From NCBI GenBank assembly GCA_043228905.1, contig JBHGNT010000892.1, positions 1 to 14,167 of the forward strand: a stretch of DNA of 14,167 bases, in the 5' to 3' direction. The stretch is from Azolla caroliniana. Its lineage: Eukaryota > Plantae > Polypodiophyta. The position numbers and the translations under genes are program-made. The notes beneath the pieces are model-generated. The model searched no databases, had not been told where the DNA came from, and saw nothing but the letters and a program-made list of their open reading frames with translations. Shown here piece after piece: positions 1 through 10,874 of the stretch (position 1 is the stretch's first letter; each line of letters begins with the position of its first letter).

Positions 1-1
1 A

Positions 2-3000
2 AGCTCCCAAATCTCCTCTCAGGGGACGGCAATCGAGGATGAACTCAGAGCAATGATACTCATGAGCAGCCTTCGCTCATCATGGGAAACTTTCGTCACA
101 ACCGTGTGCAACGCGTCAACCACGGCTATTAAATACTCCGAAGTCACGAGCGCAATCCTGACTGAAGCAGCTCGGAGAAAGTCTTTCGCCAAAGACTCAA
201 CAGACGACGCTTATGTAGTACAAGGTTCGACAGACCGATCGAACATACGAGGAAGAGATTCCTCACGGCAGCCAAACAATCAGCGAAGACGGAGCCAGTC
301 ACGGGATAATCGAATCTGCAACTATTGCAAGAAACCCGGACACATCAAAGCCGACTGCCGCGCACTCAAGAACAAGAACGACAAGTCTCAGAATTCAGAC
401 AAGAAGAGTGGCCGGCATGAGGAGATCAACTACGTCAGCTTCTCAGCTGATGTGCTACCAAACGACCCGAATATACTATCAATCGAAAATCCAGTCGGAT
501 CAGAAGTTCTGCTCACGACTGAAGAATTGAGCACATGGCTCTTAGATTCGGGCGCGTCATTTCACGTGACTCCTCATCGATCCCAATTTCGGCAATATAC
601 GATCCGTCACTCCGACTCAGTTCGAGTCGGCAACTCGCAACACTGTGACATCATTGGAATCGGCACAGTAGAGCTCAACCTTGCAGGTGGCTCTACACTT
701 GTACTTCACAATGTCCGACATGTACCCGAGCTCTCAAGGCCATTGATCTCAGTCGGACAACTAGATGAAGACGGCATTCGTGCCGGTTTTTCTTCGGGAG
801 GGTGGACACTCCACAGGGGGAACCTCCTGCTTGCTAGAGGACCCAAGATACACTCACTGTATCCGTTACATGTTACGCTCAGAGAGGGTAACCTGTTTTT
901 GGTGGATATTCCTGTGTCATCACTATGGCACAGAAGATTAGGACACCTCAACAAGGCCGGCATTACGCACCTATCTAGAGCCGGATACATCCCTAAACTC
1001 TCCTTCTCGGACCATCAATTCTGCGAACATTGCCAGTATGGCAAACAAGCAGCCGCATCACACTCGACATCAGCACCAAGAGAAACGAGACCTCTCGATT
1101 TAGTCCACTCGGACGTCTGTGGCCCAATGCCGCATCAGTCTCTCGGCGGTGCCTCTTACTTCGTCAGCTTTATTGACGATTCGACTCGAAAGGTGTGGGC
1201 TTATCCAATTCGCACCAAAGATCGTGTCTTCTCGATCTTCTCCGATTGGCTCGCTATGGTAGAAAATCAAACTGACCGAAAACTGAAATGCTTTCGGACC
1301 GACAATGGGGGAGAGTTCAAATCAGAAGAATTCGTCAAATTCTGCCGACAACGCGGCATCCGACGTGAATTTACGGCATCACACAGTCCGGAGCAAAACG
1401 GGATTGCAGAACGCATGAATCGGACAATCCAAGAACGGATAGTTTCCATGCTCCAACACTCCGGACTGTCGGATGGCTTCTGGGCAGAGGCTCTACTCAC
1501 GGCAGTACACATAATCAATATGTCGCCAAGCAGACCTCTAGGACTTCAAATTCCTCAGGAACTATGGATCGGCAGTAAGCCGAATTACGACAAGCTGAGG
1601 ATCTTCGGATGCGAGGCGTACGCCCTTATTCCGAAAGATGATCGCCGAAAACTTGCACCTCGGTCCAGGAAATGCATTTTCCTTGGATATGGATCAGACG
1701 GCGAAATGGGATACCGACTCTGGGACCCCGAACGCAGACAAATCGTTCGAAGCTCGGACGTTATGTTCAACGAGTCGGCTATGATTCCATCAGTCGAAAC
1801 ACCGATCGAAGTCCGAAGGGTAACATTTTCCCATGTGCCGACCCTTCAAGAAGGCCCCGCTCTCAACACACGGTCAGCTTCACGGGTAGCTGAACCTTAC
1901 ACTACCGACTCTGACAACTCTGACTCGGCACAACAGAATAATTCGCTTTCGGACCATCCGACCTCGATACCCGATACGACCAGTCCAATCATACCTCGAC
2001 GATCCGAGAGACTGTCGCAACCTCTGGAGAGGTATTCTCCTGGAATTTTCTTCACCGACGCCGGCGAACCGACGTCTTACGAAGAAGCATCGACATCTGT
2101 CGATTCAGCCACCTGGCATCTGGCGATGGAGTCGGAAATGCACTCCATTCGGGCAAACAAGACTTGGGATCTGGTCGAATTACCTAAGAATCGACGTGCT
2201 CTTCCTTGCAGGTGGGTTTATCGACTAAAAGAGACGTCTGATTCGACCACCCCAAAGTACAAGGCCAGACTAGTTGTGAAGGGCTTCCGACAAGAATATG
2301 GCGTGGACTTCGACGAGATTTTTTCACCAGTGGTGAAAATGACAACCCTTCGTTTTCTACTCGGCGTAGTGGCAACCGACAACTTGGAGCTGATTCAGCT
2401 AGATGTCAAAACAGCCTTCCTCCATGGTGATCTTGAAGAGGAAATTTATATGGAGCAGCCAAAAGGCTTCGTGGCAACTGGCCAAGAACATCTAGTCTGC
2501 CGACTCAGGAAGAGTCTATACGGCCTCAAACAAGCACTGTGACAATGGTACAAGAAGTTCGACGACTTCATCCAATCGATCGGCTTCTCCAAAAGCGATG
2601 AGGACCATTGTCTTTTTACCAACACAGCTCAAGATGGATCACCCATCTTCCTCATCATTTACGTGGACGACATGCTAATTTCTGGACGCCACGCGGGCGA
2701 ACTTGCCGATCTCATTCGGCAATTGCGGTTGAAGTTTGCCATGAAGGACCTCGGTCCGGCACGACACATACTTGGAATGAAGATTAGTCGGCATCGCGAT
2801 AAACGACATCTTTTTTTGTCTCAGACCGACTATATCGGACGTGTCTTGGAACGCTTCAACATGCAATCAGCCAAATCTGCTTCAACCCCGCTCCCCATGA
2901 ATCTTCGGCTCTCTCAGCGAGACTGCCCGACATCCGGTCCGGAGGGGGAAGATATGAAGTCGGTACCGTATGCACCGGCAGTCGGCTCCCTTATGTACCT

Positions 3001-3643
3001 GATGGTCGCGACACGGCCTGATATTTCTCATGCCGTAGGAGTCGTTAGCAGATTTATGCACAATCCTGGCCGATCGCATTGGAACGCAGTCAAGCATGTG
3101 TTCAAATATCTGGCTGGCACAAAAGACCACGGCATTCTTTTCGGTCCGAACTCAACCTCAGGCGTAGTCGGTTACACCGACTCGGACTTCGCCGGCTGTA
3201 TAGACAGTCGGAAATCAACAACTGGATACTGCTTCAAATTCGGCAATGGAGCAATTTCGTGGAAGTCGAAACTTCAGGAGTGCACAGCGACCTCAACGAC
3301 CGAAGCAGAATATGTAGCTGCGTCCGACGCTGCAAAAGAAGCTTTGTGGCTCGGCCGGCTGGCGCACACGTTTCGACAAGTCGACCATGACTCGGCCCCA
3401 GTTGTCTATAGCGACAGTCAAGGTGCTGTTGCCTTGTCGAGAAATCCGGTTCACCACAACGCCTCCAAACATATCGACGTTCGATATCACTTCGTTCGGG
3501 ACTGCGTCATTTCAGGGAAAATCGGTCTAGAGAAAATATCCACAACCGACAATGTCGCAGATGGAATGACCAAGTGTCTTTCGGCAGACCGCTTTCGGTC
3601 CCTTCGGCATCAGATGGGCGTAACGACAAACCAGTCCGGTTAG
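2..3643 (+). pseudogene. Copia gag-pol polyprotein with one in-frame premature stop (TGA 2540-2542)
   Basis: Frame is open from base 2 (SSQISSQGTAIEDELRAMILMSSL, gag). Zinc knuckle CNYCKKPGHIKADC at 317-358; protease WLLDSGAS at ~536; integrase HHCC and DDE motifs (HSDVCGP, RTDNGGE, AERMN); RT KARLVVKGF, LDVKTAFLHG and YVDD at 2660-2671; RNase H YTDSDFAG, TEAEY, KHIDVRYHF, ADGMTK. ORFs 53..2542 and 2663..3643 share a frame across GLKQAL*QWYKKFD. Confidence 0.95.
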
Positions 3644-3829
3644 AGCCGGACACAGCGCAGGATGGTTTCAGACAACCGACATCAGTTCCTTAATGATCGG
3701 CTTCAACTCTTCCGACCCGACCAGTCCGGTCTTCTGCCTTCGGACCCTGCCGACTCGAACAAAACTGATATGTCCGAGAACCTAGGTTCATACCTGTAAT
3801 CTTAGATAACCCATGTATACGCCCATTAC

Positions 3830-3836
3830 GGGGGAG
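3830..3836 (+). other. Polypurine tract GGGGGAG (also 5816-5822, 7800-7806, 9784-9790)
   Basis: Purine run immediately 5' of the TG that starts each LTR. Confidence 0.9.
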
Positions 3837-3944
3837 TGTCGAATACAAGTGTATAATGGACGTATTCACACTATCCCTTTGTATAGCTCAAGTTTGGGTC
3901 ATTTGTGTAATTAGCATAAATGGTAGTTGCCCTAAGTTTGTCAC

Positions 3945-3952
3945 TATATAAA
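3945..3952 (+). promoter_or_regulatory. Putative LTR TATA box TATATAAA (also at 5931, 7915, 9899)
   Basis: TATA consensus about 110 bp into the LTR, upstream of a CT-rich tract typical of plant LTR leaders. Confidence 0.7.
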
Positions 3953-4023
3953 GTGACCTAGTAACCTTTTTGTAAGGTTGGTTGTATTATTGTTTTCTAT
4001 GGAATAGAAAGAGTCTTTTGTGC

Positions 4024-4026
<3 letters not shown>

Positions 4027-4054
<28 letters not shown>
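4027..4054. repeat. (CT)14 microsatellite in LTR1; (CT)13 in LTR2-4
   Basis: Counted directly; it accounts for the 1986 vs 1984 bp unit lengths. Confidence 0.93.
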
Positions 4055-4060
<6 letters not shown>

Positions 4061-4151
4061 GTGCACGATCTTGGAAACTGTCATACGCAGGTACTCAACC
4101 CTAATCGAATGCTGCTTGATCTTCCGCATCGACACGACCTTGTCTTCAACA

Positions 4152-5629
4152 GGGATCTGGTCGAATTACCTAAGAATCGACGTGCTCTTCCTTGCAGGTG
4201 GGTTTATCGACTAAAAGAGACGTCTGATTCGACCACCCCAAAGTACAAGGCCAGACTAGTTGTGAAGGGCTTCCGACAAGAATATGGCGTGGACTTCGAC
4301 GAGATTTTTTCACCAGTGGTGAAAATGACAACCCTTCGTTTTCTACTCGGCGTAGTGGCAACCGACAACTTGGAGCTGATTCAGCTAGATGTCAAAACAG
4401 CCTTCCTCCATGGTGATCTTGAAGAGGAAATTTATATGGAGCAGCCAAAAGGCTTCGTGGCAACTGGCCAAGAACATCTAGTCTGCCGACTCAGGAAGAG
4501 TCTATACGGCCTCAAACAAGCACTGTGACAATGGTACAAGAAGTTCGACGACTTCATCCAATCGATCGGCTTCTCCAAAAGCGATGAGGACCATTGTCTT
4601 TTTACCAACACAGCTCAAGATGGATCACCCATCTTCCTCATCATTTACGTGGACGACATGCTAATTTCTGGACGCCACGCGGGCGAACTTGCCGATCTCA
4701 TTCGGCAATTGCGGTTGAAGTTTGCCATGAAGGACCTCGGTCCGGCACGACACATACTTGGAATGAAGATTAGTCGGCATCGCGATAAACGACATCTTTT
4801 TTTGTCTCAGACCGACTATATCGGACGTGTCTTGGAACGCTTCAACATGCAATCAGCCAAATCTGCTTCAACCCCGCTCCCCATGAATCTTCGGCTCTCT
4901 CAGCGAGACTGCCCGACATCCGGTCCGGAGGGGGAAGATATGAAGTCGGTACCGTATGCACCGGCAGTCGGCTCCCTTATGTACCTGATGGTCGCGACAC
5001 GGCCTGATATTTCTCATGCCGTAGGAGTCGTTAGCAGATTTATGCACAATCCTGGCCGATCGCATTGGAACGCAGTCAAGCATGTGTTCAAATATCTGGC
5101 TGGCACAAAAGACCACGGCATTCTTTTCGGTCCGAACTCAACCTCAGGCGTAGTCGGTTACACCGACTCGGACTTCGCCGGCTGTATAGACAGTCGGAAA
5201 TCAACAACTGGATACTGCTTCAAATTCGGCAATGGAGCAATTTCGTGGAAGTCGAAACTTCAGGAGTGCACAGCGACCTCAACGACCGAAGCAGAATATG
5301 TAGCTGCGTCCGACGCTGCAAAAGAAGCTTTGTGGCTCGGCCGGCTGGCGCACACGTTTCGACAAGTCGACCATGACTCGGCCCCAGTTGTCTATAGCGA
5401 CAGTCAAGGTGCTGTTGCCTTGTCGAGAAATCCGGTTCACCACAACGCCTCCAAACATATCGACGTTCGATATCACTTCGTTCGGGACTGCGTCATTTCA
5501 GGGAAAATCGGTCTAGAGAAAATATCCACAACCGACAATGTCGCAGATGGAATGACCAAGTGTCTTTCGGCAGACCGCTTTCGGTCCCTTCGGCATCAGA
5601 TGGGCGTAACGACAAACCAGTCCGGTTAG
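4152..5629 (+). pseudogene. Duplicated RT-RNase H coding segment, unit 2 (stop 4526-4528)
   Basis: Copy of 2166-3643 including the same TGA. Confidence 0.95.
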
Positions 5630-5822
5630 AGCCGGACACAGCGCAGGATGGTTTCAGACAACCGACATCAGTTCCTTAATGATCGGCTTCAACTCTTCCG
5701 ACCCGACCAGTCCGGTCTTCTGCCTTCGGACCCTGCCGACTCGAACAAAACTGATATGTCCGAGAACCTAGGTTCATACCTGTAATCTTAGATAACCCAT
5801 GTATACGCCCATTACGGGGGAG

Positions 5823-6012
5823 TGTCGAATACAAGTGTATAATGGACGTATTCACACTATCCCTTTGTATAGCTCAAGTTTGGGTCATTTGTGTAATTAG
5901 CATAAATGATAGTTGCCCTAAGTTTGTCACTATATAAAGTGACCTAGTAACCATTTTGTAAGGTTGGTTGTATTATTGTTTTCTATGGAATAGAAAGAGT
6001 CTTTTGTGCCTC

Positions 6013-6044
<32 letters not shown>

Positions 6045-6135
6045 GTGCACGATCTTGGAAACTGTCATACGCAGGTACTCAACCCTAATCGAATGCTGCT
6101 TGATCTTCCGCATCGACACGACCTTGTCTTCAACA
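5823..6135 (+). repeat. LTR copy 2 (313 bp)
   Basis: Same termini and sequence as LTR1 except A5909, A5953 and (CT)13. Confidence 0.93.
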
Positions 6136-7613
6136 GGGATCTGGTCGAATTACCTAAGAATCGACGTGCTCTTCCTTGCAGGTGGGTTTATCGACTAAAA
6201 GAGACGTCTGATTCGACCACCCCAAAGTACAAGGCCAGACTAGTTGTGAAGGGCTTCCGACAAGAATATGGCGTCGACTTCGACGAGATTTTTTCACCAG
6301 TGGTGAAAATGACAACCCTTCGTTTTCTACTCGGCGTAGTGGCAACCGACAACTTGGAGCTGATTCAGCTAGATGTCAAAACAGCCTTCCTCCATGGTGA
6401 TCTTGAAGAGGAAATTTATATGGAGCAGCCAAAAGGCTTCGTGGCAACTGGCCAAGAACATCTAGTCTGCCGACTCAGGAAGAGTCTATACGGCCTCAAA
6501 CAAGCACTGTGACAATGGTACAAGAAGTTCGACGACTTCATCCAATCGATCGGCTTCTCCAAAAGCGATGAGGACCATTGTCTTTTTACCAACACAGCTC
6601 AAGATGGATCACCCATCTTCCTCATCATTTACGTGGACGACATGCTAATTTCTGGACGCCACGCGGGCGAACTTGCCGATCTCATTCGGCAATTGCGGTT
6701 GAAGTTTGCCATGAAGGACCTCGGCCCGGCACGACACATACTTGGAATGAAGATTAGTCGGCATCGCGATAAACGACATCTTTTTTTGTCTCAGACCGAC
6801 TATATCGGACGTGTCTTGGAACGCTTCAACATGCAATCAGCCAAATCTGCTTCAACCCCGCTCCCCATGAATCTTCGGCTCTCTCAGCGAGACTGCCCGA
6901 CATCCGGTCCGGAGGGGGAAGATATGAAGTCGGTACCGTATGCACCGGCAGTCGGCTCCCTTATGTACCTGATGGTCGCGACACGGCCTGATATTTCTCA
7001 TGCCGTAGGAGTCGTTAGCAGATTTATGCACAATCCTGGCCGATCGCATTGGAACGCAGTCAAGCATGTGTTCAAATATCTGGCTGGCACAAAAGACCAC
7101 GGCATTCTTTTCGGTCCGAACTCAACCTCAGGCGTAGTCGGTTACACCGACTCGGACTTCGCCGGCTGTATAGACAGTCGGAAATCAACAACTGGATACT
7201 GCTTCAAATTCGGCAATGGAGCAATTTCGTGGAAGTCGAAACTTCAGGAGTGCACAGCGACCTCAACGACCGAAGCAGAATATGTAGCTGCGTCCGACGC
7301 TGCAAAAGAAGCTTTGTGGCTCGGCCGGCTGGCGCACACGTTTCGACAAGTCGACCATGACTCGGCCCCAGTTGTCTATAGCGACAGTCAAGGTGCTGTT
7401 GCCTTGTCGAGAAATCCGGTTCACCACAACGCCTCCAAACATATCGACGTTCGATATCACTTCGTTCGGGACTGCGTCATTTCAGGGAAAATCGGTCTAG
7501 AGAAAATATCCACAACCGACAATGTCGCAGATGGAATGACCAAGTGTCTTTCGGCAGACCGCTTTCGGTCCCTTCGGCATCAGATGGGCGTAACGACAAA
7601 CCAGTCCGGTTAG
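6136..7613 (+). pseudogene. Duplicated RT-RNase H coding segment, unit 3 (stop 6510-6512)
   Basis: Copy of 2166-3643 with synonymous variants C6275 and C6725. Confidence 0.95.
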
Positions 7614-7806
7614 AGCCAGACACAGCGCAGGATGGTTTCAGACAACCGACATCAGTTCCTTAATGATCGGCTTCAACTCTTCCGACCCGACCAGTCCGGT
7701 CTTCTGCCTTCGGACCCTGCCGACTCGAACAAAACTGATATGTCCGAGAACCTAGGTTCATACCTGTAATCTTAGATAACCCATGTATACGCCCATTACG
7801 GGGGAG

Positions 7807-7996
7807 TGTCGAATACAAGTGTATAATGGACGTATTCACACTATCCCTTTGTATAGCTCAAGTTTGGGTCATTTGTGTAATTAGCATAAATGATAGTTGC
7901 CCTAAGTTTGTCACTATATAAAGTGACCTAGTAACCATTTTGTAAGGTTGGTTGTATTATTGTTTTCTATGGAATAGAAAGAGTCTTTTGTGCCTC

Positions 7997-8028
<32 letters not shown>

Positions 8029-8119
8029 GTGCACGATCTTGGAAACTGTCATACGCAGGTACTCAACCCTAATCGAATGCTGCTTGATCTTCCGCATCGA
8101 CACGACCTTGTCTTCAACA
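7807..8119 (+). repeat. LTR copy 3 (313 bp)
   Basis: Appears identical to LTR2 (A7893, A7937). Confidence 0.93.
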
Positions 8120-9597
8120 GGGATCTGGTCGAATTACCTAAGAATCGACGTGCTCTTCCTTGCAAGTGGGTTTATCGACTAAAAGAGACGTCTGATTCGA
8201 CCACCCCAAAGTACAAGGCCAGACTAGTTGTGAAGGGCTTCCGACAAGAATATGGCGTCGACTTCGACGAGATTTTTTCACCAGTGGTGAAAATGACAAC
8301 CCTTCGTTTTCTACTCGGCGTAGTGGCAACCGACAACTTGGAGCTGATTCAGCTAGATGTCAAAACAGCCTTCCTCCATGGTGATCTTGAAGAGGAAATT
8401 TATATGGAGCAGCCAAAAGGCTTCGTGGCAACTGGCCAAGAACATCTAGTCTGCCGACTCAGGAAGAGTCTATACGGCCTCAAACAAGCACTGTGACAAT
8501 GGTACAAGAAGTTCGACGACTTCATCCAATCGATCGGCTTCTCCAAAAGCGATGAGGACCATTGTCTTTTTACCAACACAGCTCAAGATGGATCACCCAT
8601 CTTCCTCATCATTTACGTGGACGACATGCTAATTTCTGGACGCCACGCGGGCGAACTTGCCGATCTCATTCGGCAATTGCGGTTGAAGTTTGCCATGAAG
8701 GACCTCGGTCCGGCACGACACATACTTGGAATGAAGATTAGTCGGCATCGCGATAAACGACATCTTTTTTTGTCTCAGACCGACTATATCGGACGTGTCT
8801 TGGAACGCTTCAACATGCAATCAGCCAAATCTGCTTCAACCCCGCTCCCCATGAATCTTCGGCTCTCTCAGCGAGACTGCCCGACATCCGGTCCGGAGGG
8901 GGAAGATATGAAGTCGGTACCGTATGCACCGGCAGTCGGCTCCCTTATGTACCTGATGGTCGCGACACGGCCTGATATTTCTCATGCCGTAGGAGTCGTT
9001 AGCAGATTTATGCACAATCCTGGCCGATCGCATTGGAACGCAGTCAAGCATGTGTTCAAATATCTGGCTGGCACAAAAGACCACGGCATTCTTTTCGGTC
9101 CGAACTCAACCTCAGGCGTAGTCGGTTACACCGACTCGGACTTCGCCGGCTGTATAGACAGTCGGAAATCAACAACTGGATACTGCTTCAAATTCGGCAA
9201 TGGAGCAATTTCGTGGAAGTCGAAACTTCAGGAGTGCACAGCGACCTCAACGACCGAAGCAGAATATGTAGCTGCGTCCGACGCTGCAAAAGAAGCTTTG
9301 TGGCTCGGCCGGCTGGCGCACACGTTTCGACAAGTCGACCATGACTCGGCCCCAGTTGTCTATAGCGACAGTCAAGGTGCTGTTGCCTTGTCGAGAAATC
9401 CGGTTCACCACAACGCCTCCAAACATATCGACGTTCGATATCACTTCGTTCGGGACTGCGTCATTTCAGGGAAAATCGGTCTAGAGAAAATATCCACAAC
9501 CGACAATGTCGCAGATGGAATGACCAAGTGTCTTTCGGCAGACCGCTTTCGGTCCCTTCGGCATCAGATGGGCGTAACGACAAACCAGTCCGGTTAG
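8120..9597 (+). pseudogene. Duplicated RT-RNase H coding segment, unit 4 (stop 8494-8496)
   Basis: Copy of 2166-3643 with variants A8165 (CRW to CKW) and C8259. Confidence 0.95.
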
Positions 9598-9790
9598 AGC
9601 CGGACACAGCGCAGGATGGTTTCAGACAACCGACATCAGTTCCTTAATGATCGGCTTCAACTCTTCCGACCCGACCAGTCCGGTCTTCTGCCTTCGGACC
9701 CTGCCGACTCGAACAAAACTGATATGTCCGAGAACCTAGGTTCATACCTGTAATCTTAGATAACCCATGTATACGCCCATTACGGGGGAG

Positions 9791-9980
9791 TGTCGAATAC
9801 AAGTGTATAATGGACGTATTCACACTATCCCTTTGTATAGCTCAAGTTTGGGTCATTTGTGTAATTAGCATAAATGGTAGTTGCCCTAAGTTTGTCACTA
9901 TATAAAGTGACCTAGTAACCTTTTTGTAAGGTTGGTTGTATTATTGTTTTCTATGGAATAGAAAGAGTCTTTTGTGCCTC

Positions 9981-10012
<32 letters not shown>

Positions 10013-10103
10013 GTGCACGATCTTGGAAACTGTCATACGCAGGTACTCAACCCTAATCGAATGCTGCTTGATCTTCCGCATCGACACGGCCTTGTCTTCA
10101 ACA
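9791..10103 (+). repeat. LTR copy 4, terminal 3' LTR (313 bp); candidate TSD CGATC at 10104-10108
   Basis: Same termini, followed by non-element sequence. The TSD cannot be confirmed because the 5' LTR is outside the window. Confidence 0.92.
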
Positions 10104-10405
10104 CGATCCTTTCAAACAGCTTCATATAGTGTTTTCAATGGCGAAGTATCCCAGATGCTCGAACTGTTACCAAGAAGGCACTACACTTTGTTGATAGCTG
10201 ACATACCATATGGTTTCCGTATTGCGGGATCAACATATGATGATGTGCCTTTCAAGTACCCTCAGATCGAGAAAATGGTAAAGGATTTCGCAGAACTGAC
10301 ATTGGCCCCCTTGTGGAGGATAGTCATATTTCATAGCATGGGGTAATCACTGTCAGTCACAACAGCTTTGAAGTCCCGTTGTCATGCCACTGAACACATG
10401 CATTG

Positions 10406-10494
10406 GTGCGTTATAGTTTGCTTTTACTCATTACAGTACTTCTTATTATATGTACACATTTACACCTCTAATACTTGATTTTCTTTCTCTATAG
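10406..10494 (+). other. Spliceosomal intron (89 nt, phase 2) in the methyltransferase gene
   Basis: TG|GTGCGT donor, AT-rich body, CTAAT branch-like site, pyrimidine tract and TAG| acceptor. Splicing restores the family-typical W-I-K-T-N. Confidence 0.8.
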
Positions 10495-10784
10495 GATCAA
10501 AACAAATATTACACGTAGCCCTGGCGATCGAATGGTTAGTGCGGTCGAATTTTTTTGTGTGGGCTACTATGATTCAATTACAAAGAAGAAGGCTAGAGCA
10601 CATGTCAATGAGCGTAACGTGGTTAACTACATCATGTGCCCAGCTGTAACCAAAAAATTAAGACATGTGTCAGAGGATAAAAGTATGGTGAACCCTTATC
10701 AAAAACCTCAAAGATTGATCAACCGCCTCATAGAGCTCTTCTCGAATCCAGATGATTGGGTCCTAGACTTGTTCTCTGGCACAG

Positions 10785-10874
10785 GTATAATATATATATT
10801 TAATTTCAATCTTGTCTATCAAGTTTAAGACGTTACTTCTTATATATACTTGTTTATGTTCATGCGACCATTAG
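10785..10874 (+). other. Spliceosomal intron (90 nt, phase 1) in the methyltransferase gene
   Basis: CAG|GTATAA donor, AT-rich body and TTAG| acceptor. Splicing restores DLFSGTGTT exactly. Confidence 0.88.

Larger units (their letters stand above)
3837..4151 (+). repeat. LTR copy 1 (315 bp)
   Basis: Termini TGTCGAA...TTCAACA (6/7 inverted repeat), preceded by PPT, with internal TATA and (CT)14. Confidence 0.93.
1..10103 (+). mobile_element. Ty1/copia LTR retrotransposon (Tnt1/Tork-like), 5' part outside the window, with a four-fold tandem 3' end
   Basis: Domain order gag-PR-IN-RT-RH is diagnostic of copia. PPT followed by TG...CA LTRs. The last LTR ends at 10103 and is followed by unrelated sequence (CGATC...). 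Confidence 0.95.
2166..10103 (+). repeat. Tandem array of four RT-RNaseH-PPT-LTR units: 2166-4151 (1986 bp), 4152-6135, 6136-8119, 8120-10103 (1984 bp each)
   Basis: An identical 326-aa ORF recurs at 2663, 4649, 6633 and 8617. The junction TTCAACA|GGGATCTGG is at 4151/4152, 6135/6136 and 8119/8120. I found about 7 substitutions and one CT-unit indel among the copies. Confidence 0.97.

Noticed and set aside
2540-2548. Programmed readthrough at TGA-CAA-TGG
   Set aside because: The context does not match the CARYYA readthrough motif, the stop is mid-RT at a conserved Arg, and the neighbouring codon is also mutated. Decay is the simpler explanation.
4145-4160. Junction as a spliced subgenomic RNA or a microhomology product
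   Set aside because: No AG acceptor precedes 2166 (GACTT). The nearby AACA (2156-2159) is 6 bp out of register, and a switch at GATC would give CA-C-GATC rather than the observed CA-GG-GATC.
706-9444. Short antisense and alternate-frame ORFs (61-103 aa) within pol and the LTRs
   Set aside because: They are shadows of the pol frame or the CT microsatellite, with no recognisable motifs, and recur only because the DNA is repeated.
2166-10103. Bacterial RT system (retron, DGR, CRISPR-associated RT) or CRISPR array
   Set aside because: The RT is clearly copia-type with RNase H, PPT and LTRs, and the repeats are 2-kb units with no unique spacers.
10343-10365. Mini-intron GTAATC...AACAG that would remove the TAA stop
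   Set aside because: At 23 nt it is too short for a plant intron and would shift the frame. Reading through the stop keeps the frame to the W/IKTN splice.
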